Shown in pieces: positions 51,570-61,995 of a stretch of DNA of 64,000 nt (within the stretch, counting starts at the first letter, position 1; each line of letters starts with the position of its first letter). Below the pieces are notes generated by a model, which was not told the DNA's origin, did no database searches, and worked only from the letters and a program-made list of their open reading frames with translations. The stretch comes from a bacterium UBP13_UBA5359 (GTDB lineage: Bacteria; UBP13; UBA5359): contig DHPR01000012.1 of assembly GCA_002410925.1 (NCBI GenBank), forward strand, positions 270,643-334,642. The letters run 5' to 3'. The position numbers and the translations under genes were made by a program.

Positions 51570-52925
51570 ATGGTGAAAATAAATAGCAAATATGTGTGCC
51601 AGGAATGTGGGTATGAAAGTGTGCGCTGGCTGGGACGCTGCCCCGGTTGTCGAACATGGAGCTCTATGGTGGAAGAGTTGCCGCTTAGAGTCGCAGGGAA
51701 TATGGGGAGTGGAGACATTCAGGATCCCTTACCGTTGAGCGATGTCAAGACGGGCGAAGGCTCGCGTTTGCCTACCGGATTATCGGAGTTTGATCGTGTG
51801 CTGGGAGGAGGAATTGTTTCCGGTTCACTGGTTCTTATCGGAGGCGATCCCGGCATAGGCAAATCGACGCTTCTGCTTCAAACCGCCTGGTTGGCCGGCA
51901 CAGGTTGTGGGAGAGTTCTATATGTTTCCGGAGAAGAATCTGCTCAGCAGACCAGAATGAGGGCTGAGCGTCTGGGTGCTTGCTCGGAAAATATTTATAT
52001 ATTACCGGAAAACGATCTGGATAATATCGAGGTGCAAACGAGAAGGGTTACCCCGGGGCTCTTAATGGTGGACTCTATCCAGACCATCTACAATCCCGGT
52101 TTGCCATCTGCACCGGGTAGCGTTTCTCAGGTGCGGGATTGTACCGCACGATTGATGCGCCTGGGAAAGGGATTGGGGATACCTGTTTTTATTGTTGGGC
52201 ATGTCACCAAAGATGGAAGTTTGGCGGGTCCCAGAGTCTTGGAGCATATGGTGGATACGGTGCTCTATTTTGAGGGCGAAAAGTATAATAGTTATCGCCT
52301 GCTCAGGGCTATCAAAAATCGTTTCGGGTCTACCAATGAACTGGGAGTCTTTGAGATGACGGATGGTGGCTTAAGGGAGGTATCCGATGCGGCCGGACTC
52401 TTTCTACCGGAGCGCAAGAGCGGTATACCCGGCTCTTCCGTTGTAGCAGTGATGGAAGGCACCAGGGCTATGTTGGTAGAAGCGCAGGCTCTGGTATGTC
52501 CAACCGGATTTGGAACTCCGCGACGTTTGGCTACAGGGATGGATCATAACCGTCTTTCCATGCTTCTGGCTGTGCTGGAAAAGAGGATAGGCTTTCATAT
52601 GTCGCAGGAGGATGTTTATTTAAATATAGCGGGGGGGATCAAGGTAGATGAGCCGGCTGTAGATCTGGGAGTTGCTCTGGCCGTGGCTTCAAGTCATCGT
52701 GATATTCCTCTGCGCTGTGATAGTGTCTTTATTGGAGAGATAGGCCTTACCGGTGAAATCAGGTCTGTCAGGCAGATTGATATGCGTTTGCGAGAGGCAT
52801 CCAGGTTGGGCTTCAGCAGAGCGATAATTCCGCCCGGAGAGAACCGCTGCGGGCATATCGATAATATAGAGGTGATAGAAACCGGTTATCTGGAAGATGC
52901 GTTGGAGGTAGCTCTTGGTGGATGA
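51570..52925 (+). CDS. radA: DNA repair protein RadA/Sms
   Basis: C4 zinc finger, GDPGIGKST, KNRFG, Lon-like C-terminal domain. Confidence 0.98.
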   Translation: MVKINSKYVCQECGYESVRWLGRCPGCRTWSSMVEELPLRVAGNMGSGDIQDPLPLSDVKTGEGSRLPTGLSEFDRVLGGGIVSGSLVLIGGDPGIGKSTLLLQTAWLAGTGCGRVLYVSGEESAQQTRMRAERLGACSENIYILPENDLDNIEVQTRRVTPGLLMVDSIQTIYNPGLPSAPGSVSQVRDCTARLMRLGKGLGIPVFIVGHVTKDGSLAGPRVLEHMVDTVLYFEGEKYNSYRLLRAIKNRFGSTNELGVFEMTDGGLREVSDAAGLFLPERKSGIPGSSVVAVMEGTRAMLVEAQALVCPTGFGTPRRLATGMDHNRLSMLLAVLEKRIGFHMSQEDVYLNIAGGIKVDEPAVDLGVALAVASSHRDIPLRCDSVFIGEIGLTGEIRSVRQIDMRLREASRLGFSRAIIPPGENRCGHIDNIEVIETGYLEDALEVALGG

Positions 52926-53979
52926 ATTGGTTAAAGTTCTAAAGATGCTGGCGCCGGGAACGTCGGTGCGCGAGGGCCTGGAGAATATTGTCAGGGCCAA
53001 GGCAGGTGCGTTGATAGTGGTGGCGCACGGACCGGAGGTAGAAGCGGTTCTTGACGGTGGCTTTGCCATCAATATAGACTTCAATCCCCACTATCTTTAT
53101 GAATTGGCCAAAATGGACGGTGCTATTGTAGTGGATGACGGCTTTGCCCATATTCTGCGTGTCAATACCCTGCTGATGCCTGATGCCGGTATCTTCTCTC
53201 CGGAGACGGGCAGCCGGCATCGGGCAGCGGACAGAACCGCAAGGCAGACAGGCGCTCTGATTGTAGCCATCTCTGAGCGCAGAGGGTTGATAACCATTTA
53301 CAAGGGGGAAACCAGATATATTCTCAAGGATGTTCCGACAATTCTGACAAAGGCTAATCAGGCACTACAGACTATGGAGAAATATCGTTCAGTTCTGGAT
53401 CAATCGCTGAACAGCCTGAGCATTCTTGAGTTTGAGGATCTGGTGACGCTTTCTGATGTAGTGACCGCCATTCAACGTGCAGAGATGCTGAACCGTGTCA
53501 GCTCTGAAATAGAGCGATACGTTATTGAGTTGGGTAATGAGGGACGCCTGGTGAATATGCAGATGGAAGAGTTGAATGCCGGGGCAGCGGATGAAGAGAA
53601 CCTGATTCTCAGGGATTATGTCCAGGATGAAGATGTGGCAAGCATCAGGCAGGCGTTGCAAGAGCGAAGCTCAGCCGATCTGCTGGATACGGTGGGTATA
53701 GGCAAGGCACTGGGTTTTGTCGGTATGTCGACCAGTCTGGATCTGCCGGTCTCGCCGCGCGGCTATCGCCTGTTAAGCAAAATACCTCGGCTGCCCTTTC
53801 AACTTCCCGGGCATGTAATCGATAATCTGGTCAAATCCTTCGGGACATTGCAGGGTATTATCGAGGCATCTCTTGATGATCTGGATAAGGTTGAGGGAGT
53901 AGGCGAGGTTCGGGCGCACATGATCAAAGACGGGCTTAAGCGCCTACGAGAGGAAGTCTTCCTGGGGCGAAGAGGCTGA
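52915..53979 (+). CDS. disA: DNA integrity scanning diadenylate cyclase DisA
   Basis: ELAKMDGA, ETGSRHR, C-terminal HhH; follows radA. Confidence 0.96.
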   Translation: MVDELVKVLKMLAPGTSVREGLENIVRAKAGALIVVAHGPEVEAVLDGGFAINIDFNPHYLYELAKMDGAIVVDDGFAHILRVNTLLMPDAGIFSPETGSRHRAADRTARQTGALIVAISERRGLITIYKGETRYILKDVPTILTKANQALQTMEKYRSVLDQSLNSLSILEFEDLVTLSDVVTAIQRAEMLNRVSSEIERYVIELGNEGRLVNMQMEELNAGAADEENLILRDYVQDEDVASIRQALQERSSADLLDTVGIGKALGFVGMSTSLDLPVSPRGYRLLSKIPRLPFQLPGHVIDNLVKSFGTLQGIIEASLDDLDKVEGVGEVRAHMIKDGLKRLREEVFLGRRG

Positions 53980-53982
53980 AGA

Positions 53983-54381
53983 TTATTTAAGGCTGTAAAT
54001 CCCCAGGGTTCGGATACGCTCATTCTCTTCACGAATAACCGTATCCAGATCCAGTTCCAGAAGGTTGCAGAGCGCTGCCAGATAAAAGACCGTGGTGCCT
54101 ATTTCATGAGAGATGGTATCTCGGCAGTTATCACAGAGCTTACCATCCATATGGCTTTGCATAAAGGTCCGGATATCGGAGTAGCTGACGTCAGGGGGAA
54201 GGCACTGTTTATCGGCATCGATTTTTATACAGCCGCAGCAGGTAACTGCTTTGGCAATAGCCCGATTAATGCGAGCGCAGTACTCCTGCATTTTGGAAGT
54301 AGCATCAAGAATGCTCTTATGGCGTATGAGAAACTTGCCGGCTGTTCCCTGTATTTCCTGGGGAGTATTTCTGTCTTCCAT
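53983..54381 (-). CDS. Conserved MazG-like helical protein with Cys motifs
   Basis: RHKSILD, VTCCGC, LCDNC, EIG..FYLAALCN; convergent with disA. Confidence 0.65.
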   Translation of the reverse strand: MEDRNTPQEIQGTAGKFLIRHKSILDATSKMQEYCARINRAIAKAVTCCGCIKIDADKQCLPPDVSYSDIRTFMQSHMDGKLCDNCRDTISHEIGTTVFYLAALCNLLELDLDTVIREENERIRTLGIYSLK

Positions 54382-54553
54382 ATAGATGTGATCACTCCAA
54401 TGCAGATTTTATTAACTATTATTGCGTATCCGACTTATATACTATAATATATACCGGTACTTTTTCTTGTCAAGGAATTGCAAGCGATAAGCAGCCGTCT
54501 TTGATTGGTAAAAGATACGGAGTATGCTTAAATAGCATGGGCAAAGAGAGAAG

Positions 54554-55906
54554 ATGTTCAAAATGAAAAAAATGTATGGAAGCCATTTACAGACCCTGGC
54601 GTCAGGAGCCGGACAACGGTATTCAGGAATTCGAGACGGCCATTGCAGAGTATGGTGCCATTATGCCGCTAAGCCTTTATACTATGGTGCAATTCTGGTG
54701 CTATTTCTTCTATGGCTGCTTACCTGTAACGTCTCTGCCGGAGAAATATATCGCATACGGGCAGTCAATCAGAAGGACGGAGCCATAGAGCTGAGCTCCG
54801 ACAGGGGTAAGAAATGGGTCTGCGCAGGCAATGTTCTTGAGCCGGCTACAAGCAATAATCCCAACTCCTTCAGCGCCGGGCGGTGGGTTGAGAACGGTTG
54901 TATAGCCGGAGTGGCGACGCACTCTATTCATATCAAGGTAGGCTCCTTCTTCCCGGCGGCCGCCGGGAAGAAGGAGAGAGCGGTTCTGATCAGCCTGGTG
55001 CCTTGCGATTTCCAGAATATGTCTGTAAGTGTTATGGTTCGGCAGGCATTAACCTCCTGTATAGTTACCGACATACCGGCCGGAGCATCTATTTTTAGAT
55101 CCTTTGCTCCATTTGTAGGCAATCATGTCTTTCTGGAGAGGGAGGGATCGCTTGTTCCAATCCCTGACAATTACCAGCCTGCAACGGGCGATGTATTCTT
55201 GATCGTTGTAGATGCCCCTGTTCGCTATCCCGAAGAGATAATCTTTGAAAACAGAGCCGGGGGTAAGGTTACTTCCGTTTATGCTGACGGCAGTTCTGAG
55301 GATGTGGCCAGGGTTGTTCGTGCCGTGGGCGGCGTAGGCCGCTTTGAAGGAACCTCCTGGGCTGGTCCAGGACGAATAACCTCCAATCATCCCGGCGTTA
55401 TAACGGTATCTACGGCGCCATTTTCGCGGCAGGCTCTTTTAGCGGATGCATTGAGCGATTTTGCGGCGGAGAGCCGGGGCGGGTTTCAAATTGTTCCCTG
55501 GGAACATGCTCGTGATAGCCGGCTGGAGGGCTCTCAGTGGATGACCGTTGCTTCTCTTAATGATGGTGATCCCCCTATCGGTGGACGCTATCCTCTTTTT
55601 AGCCGTTTTATCAGTCTTTCTTATGAGCCGCAGAGGCCTGAACTATCATCTGAAGTTCAGATTCGCCTGGATGACGGACCCTGGGAGAGTATTCCACAGA
55701 TAATAGGCAAGGTGGATAATGCTTTTGAGCCGCCCTACCTCAATGCGTATTATGCAGCCCGAGGACGTCCACGTCATATCTCCGCAGGTATAACGCATAT
55801 AAGAATATTGTTGCCGCGTCTGGAGCACCTTCTTTCCTCGGCACAGATTGAAGCCGGATTGCATCCTGAAGTCGGGCATCCTGCCCGACTTCAGGCAGGG
55901 AGCTAA
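54554..55906 (+). CDS. Exported hypothetical protein with an internal duplication
   Basis: Hydrophobic signal segment ending VSA; two similar beta-rich halves; true start uncertain. Confidence 0.7.
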   Translation: MFKMKKMYGSHLQTLASGAGQRYSGIRDGHCRVWCHYAAKPLYYGAILVLFLLWLLTCNVSAGEIYRIRAVNQKDGAIELSSDRGKKWVCAGNVLEPATSNNPNSFSAGRWVENGCIAGVATHSIHIKVGSFFPAAAGKKERAVLISLVPCDFQNMSVSVMVRQALTSCIVTDIPAGASIFRSFAPFVGNHVFLEREGSLVPIPDNYQPATGDVFLIVVDAPVRYPEEIIFENRAGGKVTSVYADGSSEDVARVVRAVGGVGRFEGTSWAGPGRITSNHPGVITVSTAPFSRQALLADALSDFAAESRGGFQIVPWEHARDSRLEGSQWMTVASLNDGDPPIGGRYPLFSRFISLSYEPQRPELSSEVQIRLDDGPWESIPQIIGKVDNAFEPPYLNAYYAARGRPRHISAGITHIRILLPRLEHLLSSAQIEAGLHPEVGHPARLQAGS

Positions 55907-55908
55907 GC

Positions 55909-56499
55909 ATGGAAGGCAACCAAGCCGTAAGGCGCTCGAAGAGCTCCTTGTCAAAAGCATCTCAATGCAGGGCAAATGAACCTCTGTCCTCCGGGCTTCA
56001 GATTGCCTATCTCGGCCTGGGTTCTAATCTAAATGACAGGGAAGCCTGTTTGTACAGGGCTGTAACCATGCTGTCCAATGTCGGTGTCAGGTGTGTGAAA
56101 GCCTCTTCCATTTATGAGAGTGAGCCTTTTGGCTGCTTAGATCAACCGTTCTTTCTCAATGCTGTTATAAAAGTAAAGACATTCTTATCCGTCCAGGCGC
56201 TTCTGACAGCTGCCAAAGATGTAGAGCGGCGTATGGGCAGGATTTCCGGTCCGCGCTGGGGTCCAAGGCTCATAGATATAGATATATTGTTGTATGATGA
56301 TGTGGCGCTTGATACAAAGGAATTAACGGTGCCGCATCCGGAGCTACGGCATAGAATTTTTGTTCTATTGCCCTTGCACGAGATTGCACCAAGAGTTAAC
56401 ATAAATAGAGATTTGAGCGTGGAAAAAGCCCTGGAAAGCCTGAATACCAGCCGGGGCATAAAAAAATACGCTCCTTGGAGGTACGGTAATGTCCGATAA
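55909..56499 (+). CDS. folK: 2-amino-4-hydroxy-6-hydroxymethyldihydropteridine pyrophosphokinase
   Basis: YLGLGSNL, FLNAV, RWGPRLIDIDIL, VPHP; start uncertain. Confidence 0.94.
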   Translation: MEGNQAVRRSKSSLSKASQCRANEPLSSGLQIAYLGLGSNLNDREACLYRAVTMLSNVGVRCVKASSIYESEPFGCLDQPFFLNAVIKVKTFLSVQALLTAAKDVERRMGRISGPRWGPRLIDIDILLYDDVALDTKELTVPHPELRHRIFVLLPLHEIAPRVNINRDLSVEKALESLNTSRGIKKYAPWRYGNVR

Positions 56500-57319
56500 A
56501 ATTACAACGGCGGTTATAAGGGAGAAAAAGGGAAAAGAAAAAATAGCAGCGCTGACAGCCTACGATATGCCTATGGCCGCTTTGCTGGATGAAGCAGGTA
56601 TCGATATTCTGCTGGTCGGGGATTCTGTAGGCAATGTTGTGCTGGGTTATGAGGATACGGTTCCGGTTACTATGGAGGAGATGCTGCATCATGTCAAAGC
56701 TGCCAGCCGGGGAAGTGCAAGAAGCCTTATTGTAGCCGATATGCCCTTTCTCTCCTATGGAGCTGATAAGGTAACGGCGATGATAAATGCCGGCAGATTT
56801 CTTAAAGAAGGCGGTGCCAATGCAGTCAAGATGGAGGGTGGCACAGGAATAGCGCCGCTGGTGGCGCAGATGGTGGAGATAGGCATTCCCGTTATGGGGC
56901 ATATAGGATTGCAACCGCAATCGATAAATCAACTGGGAAGCTATAAAGCCAGAGGACGGGAACGGGGGGAGGCAGAGGCTCTGCTTGAATCTGCCAGGGC
57001 TCTCGATGAAGCCGGGGTATTTGCATTGGTTCTGGAGTGCATTCCACGTCAGCTGGCTGCACAGATAACCGCTGCTATAAGGGTGCCGACCATAGGTATA
57101 GGCTCTGGAGAATTTTGCGATGGGCAAATACTTGTAACCCATGATATACTTGGTCTGGGCAAAAGCGGTGTGCCGCGTTTTGTCCGTCGTTATCTGGATA
57201 TAAATTCCTTGATGGATGCCGCGGTTAGGGAGTATGTTTCAGATGTCAGAAGCGGTGAATATCCTTCACCGCAGGAGGGATATGATATGCCCGAGAGTGA
57301 GCTGGAAGGATTGAGGTGA
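56489..57319 (+). CDS. panB: 3-methyl-2-oxobutanoate hydroxymethyltransferase
   Basis: LTAYD, LVGDS, ADMPF, VKMEGG, GHIGLQPQ, DGQILV. Confidence 0.97.
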   Translation: MSDKITTAVIREKKGKEKIAALTAYDMPMAALLDEAGIDILLVGDSVGNVVLGYEDTVPVTMEEMLHHVKAASRGSARSLIVADMPFLSYGADKVTAMINAGRFLKEGGANAVKMEGGTGIAPLVAQMVEIGIPVMGHIGLQPQSINQLGSYKARGRERGEAEALLESARALDEAGVFALVLECIPRQLAAQITAAIRVPTIGIGSGEFCDGQILVTHDILGLGKSGVPRFVRRYLDINSLMDAAVREYVSDVRSGEYPSPQEGYDMPESELEGLR

Positions 57320-59001
57320 GCCGCTTGCCAACAAAAAAGAGAATTATAGCCAATATAGATCAATGCGAAACACGAATCGGCATTATGGATGATGAGCGCC
57401 TTGTGGAAATATATGTGGAGAGGGAAGAGCGCAATATAGGCAGCATCTATAAGGGAAAGGTGGCCAACGTTTTACCCGGCATGGCGGCTGCTTTTGTAGA
57501 TATCGGCCTGGAGCGTAATGCTTTTTTATATGTCGGCGATGTTATACCGGGCACGCTCATTGACGAAGAGGAGATAATTTCACCCGAGGCGAGCATTTCC
57601 GAAGCATTGAAGGTCGGCCAGGAGGTCAAAGTTCAGATCACGAAGAGTCCTATCGGAACCAAAGGTGCCAGAGTGACCACACGCATCAGTTTGCCGGGGC
57701 GCTACCTGGTGCTTATGCCGTCCTCTGACATGGTAGGTGTTTCCCGCCGTCTTTCCGATGAAGGAGAGCGAGAACGTTTGCGTCATATAGCTGAGAAGAT
57801 ACGTCCCAAGGATATGGGAATTATCGTCAGGACGGCAGCGGAAGGAAGAAGCGAGAAGGATATTGCCAGAGATCTTAACTTTCTGACCTCTCTTTGGAAA
57901 AGGATAGGAGAGAGTGCCCGTAAAGCAACGGCACCGGCTCTTATTCATAAGGAGTACGGGCTGGTATTTCGTATGGTTCGCGATGTCTTCGCTGCCGATA
58001 TAAGCGAGTTTATTATCGATTCTCTGCCGGAGTATGAGAAAGTGCTCGATCTTGTCGGCCTGCTTTCGCCTCGTTATAAAAACAGGGTGAAGTTATATGA
58101 CGGTAAAATACCGATATTTAGCCATTATGGCCTGGAAGAGCAGATAGATGAAGCGCTGAAGCGTAAGGTATGGCTTAAATCCGGGGGCTATCTGATTATT
58201 GAGGAAGCTGAGGCGCTTACCATTATAGACGTCAATACAGGACGATATGTCGGCACCAGGGATCTGGCGCACACCATTCTGACCAATAATCTGGAGGCCG
58301 TAAAGGAGATAGCCCGGCAGCTTAGGCTACGTGATATCGGAGGCATAATAGTTATCGATCTTATCGATATGGATAATGAATCACACCGGGACAAGGTGAT
58401 AAGAGTTTTTGAAAAGGCCTTGAGCGAGGATAAGACCAAGAGCAGTATCTCATCCATCAGTAAGCTGGGATTGATTGAAATGACACGCAAGCGTGTCAGC
58501 AAAAGCCTGCCGGCGCTTCTTTGTGTCCCCTGCCCTCTTTGCCATGGTCACGGCCATATTATCTCTGCCGAAACGATGTCCGTACGTATTGAGCGTGAAA
58601 TGCGCAAAGCGAGCATTGAATATGAAAGCGGGCGGTTGGTGGTCAGGGCGCATCCGCAGGTGGCTGTCAATCTTATTGGTGCCGATGGAGAGCGTATAGA
58701 CGGTATTGAGAAATATATCGGCAAAGAAGTTTATGTACGCGGCGATCAGCGCCTTCATCCGGAAGTTTTCAAGATGGAGCCGGAAAGCCATGTCAGAGAG
58801 GGATTGTTTCCTCTGGCAGTGGGCGATAGCCTGGCGGTTATCATCGATTCGGTTAATCCTTTTTGTGTAGATGACGGACTGGCTTGGTTTCGCGGCATGA
58901 TGATAGAAGTAGATAAGGCGGGCAAGCGCGTCGGCGAAGATGTCAGGATATATATCCGCCAGTTGGAACGTTCCTTTGCCAGGGCGGATATAACAAAGTA
59001 A
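57316..59001 (+). CDS. Rne/Rng family ribonuclease (RNase G-like) with a possible C-terminal TRAM domain
   Basis: S1 motif AAFVDIG, DVNTG, RQLRLRDIGGII, EMTRKR, CPLC. Confidence 0.93.
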   Translation: MSRLPTKKRIIANIDQCETRIGIMDDERLVEIYVEREERNIGSIYKGKVANVLPGMAAAFVDIGLERNAFLYVGDVIPGTLIDEEEIISPEASISEALKVGQEVKVQITKSPIGTKGARVTTRISLPGRYLVLMPSSDMVGVSRRLSDEGERERLRHIAEKIRPKDMGIIVRTAAEGRSEKDIARDLNFLTSLWKRIGESARKATAPALIHKEYGLVFRMVRDVFAADISEFIIDSLPEYEKVLDLVGLLSPRYKNRVKLYDGKIPIFSHYGLEEQIDEALKRKVWLKSGGYLIIEEAEALTIIDVNTGRYVGTRDLAHTILTNNLEAVKEIARQLRLRDIGGIIVIDLIDMDNESHRDKVIRVFEKALSEDKTKSSISSISKLGLIEMTRKRVSKSLPALLCVPCPLCHGHGHIISAETMSVRIEREMRKASIEYESGRLVVRAHPQVAVNLIGADGERIDGIEKYIGKEVYVRGDQRLHPEVFKMEPESHVREGLFPLAVGDSLAVIIDSVNPFCVDDGLAWFRGMMIEVDKAGKRVGEDVRIYIRQLERSFARADITK

Positions 59002-59017
59002 GAGTAGAGGGGTTAAA

Positions 59018-60787
59018 GTGAAGGTATTGCGCTTTATATTAGGCTATATAAAAGCTGTTTGGGTACAAATACTCATCGCCCTGATCTGTCTTGGCATCGC
59101 TACTTTTTTCAATTTGAAATTGCCCCATATTTTTGGAAAGGAATTGTTGGACAACGTTTTTAGCAATAAAGATAGGGAGCTATTGATGAACGTATGCCTG
59201 TTAATTATTGCCATCTTTCTCATTAAAGGCATATTAACCTGGCTTCAGACCTATCTGACGTCTTTTGCCGGACAGCGCATGATATTGAATATGCGTAATG
59301 ACCTCTACAGCCACCTTCAGGAGCTGCCGATTAATTTTTATGAAAGAAAGCGTACAGGAGAGGTTATCTCCACTCTGACCAATGATATCAACGTAGTTCA
59401 GGGTGCTCTTTCAGGAGGAGTTTTGAATATAATCCAGGCTCTGGCCATGCTGGTGGGCGCATTGGTCCTCATGCTGAGGACTGATTGGCAGCTTACATTG
59501 CTTACCTTGGGAGTAATGCCGGCTATGGCTCTGGTGGTCGGTTTTTTCTCCAACCGTATTCGTGACATTACCGATTCCGTTCAGCGCAAGCTGGCCGACA
59601 TAACCACCATTATCCAAGAAACGGTTTCCGGTATCAGGGTGGTGAAATCGTTCAGCATGGAAAAGCATGAGACAAAGCGTTTCAAGGTGGAAAACGAGAA
59701 GAACTTTCAGTTTGTCATGCGCAGTGCCATGGCCAGTGCCACGCTGACACCGGCTATGGATCTTCTTTTTGCCATTGGCGCTGTTGTTATTCTATGGTTC
59801 GGCGGTCTGAAGGTGCTGCACGGCATTCTCACTACCGGAGAGTTTCTGGCTTTTCTCGGTCTGCTGATGCTGGCAGCCAGTCCTATGTCTATGATGAGCG
59901 GCTATGTTAACAGCCTTAGCCAGGCAGCGGCCGCTCTGTCCAGGCTATATGCTCTTATGCAGGAGCGCCGGGAGATCAAAGATGCACCTGATGCCGTCGA
60001 TATGCAGACTTTAACCGGCGCCGTCGTTTTTGACCGGGTCTCTTTTTCCTACGACCGAACGAACAATGTTCTCAATAATATATCTCTTGATATTAAGCCG
60101 GGCCTGGTGGTCGCTCTTGTTGGGCCGAGCGGCGCGGGAAAGAGCACTCTGGTCAACCTCATACCGCGCTTTTATGGTCATTATGAGGGAAGGATATGCA
60201 TAGATGGCTATGATCTGGATAAGATAAAGCTATTATCGTTGCGCCGGCAGATAGGTATTGTGCCGCAAGATACTATTCTCTTTGGCGGAACAATCAGAGA
60301 GAATATCCGCTATGGCAATCAGGCGGCCACAGATGAAGAGATACTGGCGGCAGCTAAGGCCGCCAATGCCCATGATTTCATCATGGAATTGCCGGAGGGT
60401 TATGAAACAGAAGCGGGAGAGAGAGGCTTGAAGCTTTCCGGCGGCCAGCGCCAGCGTATAGCCGTGGCCAGAGCCATTCTGCGTGACCCGAAGATACTCA
60501 TTCTTGATGAAGCGACCTCTTCCCTTGATACACAAGCAGAGGCATTGGTTCAGGATGCGTTGGAACGTCTTATGAAAGGGCGTACCACCTTTATCATCGC
60601 TCACAGGCTGTCCACTATCAGAAAGGCCGACCTGATAGTGGTCTTGAAGAACGGGCAGATAGCGGAGAAGGGAACGCATGAGCAGCTGCTATCTAAAGAC
60701 GAGATTTATGCCGGGCTGTATAAGGCGCAATTTAAAGATGGCTGGGGAGAAGAGCATATGGCTGTTCCGGCGCAGGAAGGGTTATGA
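59018..60787 (+). CDS. ABC exporter, fused TMD+NBD (MsbA/Sav1866-like)
   Basis: TM helices, GPSGAGKST, LSGGQRQR, DEATS. Confidence 0.92.
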   Translation: MKVLRFILGYIKAVWVQILIALICLGIATFFNLKLPHIFGKELLDNVFSNKDRELLMNVCLLIIAIFLIKGILTWLQTYLTSFAGQRMILNMRNDLYSHLQELPINFYERKRTGEVISTLTNDINVVQGALSGGVLNIIQALAMLVGALVLMLRTDWQLTLLTLGVMPAMALVVGFFSNRIRDITDSVQRKLADITTIIQETVSGIRVVKSFSMEKHETKRFKVENEKNFQFVMRSAMASATLTPAMDLLFAIGAVVILWFGGLKVLHGILTTGEFLAFLGLLMLAASPMSMMSGYVNSLSQAAAALSRLYALMQERREIKDAPDAVDMQTLTGAVVFDRVSFSYDRTNNVLNNISLDIKPGLVVALVGPSGAGKSTLVNLIPRFYGHYEGRICIDGYDLDKIKLLSLRRQIGIVPQDTILFGGTIRENIRYGNQAATDEEILAAAKAANAHDFIMELPEGYETEAGERGLKLSGGQRQRIAVARAILRDPKILILDEATSSLDTQAEALVQDALERLMKGRTTFIIAHRLSTIRKADLIVVLKNGQIAEKGTHEQLLSKDEIYAGLYKAQFKDGWGEEHMAVPAQEGL

Positions 60788-61995
60788 AGGAAAGGATAGA
60801 TGTGACTAAAGTACTCTTTGTAAGCAACGGGTATTCGGAGGATATGATGGCGGCAGCAATTGCCGCGGCAGTACGAAGCAAGACCGGTATGGCCGTAGAG
60901 GGATTGCCGCTGGTAGGGCCTGGTCTCTCTTACACCGGTGCCGGCATTGATATCGAAGGGCCGCATAGGCAGATGCCGCCGGGAGCAGGATTTAGCTTGC
61001 GTGATCGCAATCCGACGGCGATATGGAGGGATATCAAGCACGGTCTGGTTGAGCTAACGCTCAGGCAGATTGCTTATATACGCAGGCAGGCTCGGCTTTA
61101 TCCCGGTCTGAAGACTGTGGCCGTAGGTGATGCCTTTGTCTTGTGGATGGCTGGATACGGGTGCTTGCATCCGGTCTTTGTGGATACTCCCATTTCTGCC
61201 TATATACGCCCGCATCGGTGGCTGGAGAAGATAGTGCTCAAGCGGGCAGAGGTTGTCTTCACCCGTGACGAGGCTACAGCGAGGGAGCTGCAAAGCTCGG
61301 ATATTAACGCCCTCTTTGTCGGCAGCTCCATGCTGGATTGCCTGGAGATATCCGGATTTGATTTTGGTCTGCCAAGCCGGGACTGTGTAGCCTTGCTGCC
61401 CGGCAGCCGTGTTGAAGCCTACGGCAATCTGGCGGTGCTGCTGGATATAGCTGCGGATATGGCGGCGCACTGTGAGAAGGGCTTGGATTTTCTGCTGGCA
61501 GCGGCGCCTACTCTTACGAAGAACCGTTTGGAAGAGGTATTTTACAAAGGAGGCTGGAGGTACCTGCCAACGGATGCGGAGCGAGGCATTATTGCTAAGG
61601 CTGAATGCGGCCAGGCCAGGCTGGCGGTAGTCAGGGGTTACTTTGGAGATCTGTTGCTGGCTTCTATCATGGTTATAGGTCAGGCAGGTACAGCCTGTGA
61701 GCAGGCTGTCGGTCTGGGACGGCCGCTGTTGACCTTTCCCGGGGTAGGGCCGCAGATTAGAGAACGTTTTTTGTTGACGCAGAAGCGTTTGTTGGGAGAG
61801 GCTGTAGAACTTTTGCCGGCAGATAAAGAGATTATAACAAGAAGGGCGTTGCAGCTGCTGAATGATCGCTCGCGTCTGGAACATATGTCCCGGGTAGGGC
61901 AGGAGCGCATGGGCGGTGGCGGCGGTGTTGAAGCTATTGCCGATTATCTGTCCCGATCATGCATGATAAAGGAGCAGGCAGATGCTATCCGATAA
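60784..61995 (+). CDS. Lipid-A-disaccharide synthase-related GT-B protein
   Basis: SNGYSED, PLVG.G..Y, ALLPGSR, AGTACEQAVGLG.P, GPQ, RMG. Confidence 0.75.
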   Translation: MKERIDVTKVLFVSNGYSEDMMAAAIAAAVRSKTGMAVEGLPLVGPGLSYTGAGIDIEGPHRQMPPGAGFSLRDRNPTAIWRDIKHGLVELTLRQIAYIRRQARLYPGLKTVAVGDAFVLWMAGYGCLHPVFVDTPISAYIRPHRWLEKIVLKRAEVVFTRDEATARELQSSDINALFVGSSMLDCLEISGFDFGLPSRDCVALLPGSRVEAYGNLAVLLDIAADMAAHCEKGLDFLLAAAPTLTKNRLEEVFYKGGWRYLPTDAERGIIAKAECGQARLAVVRGYFGDLLLASIMVIGQAGTACEQAVGLGRPLLTFPGVGPQIRERFLLTQKRLLGEAVELLPADKEIITRRALQLLNDRSRLEHMSRVGQERMGGGGGVEAIADYLSRSCMIKEQADAIR

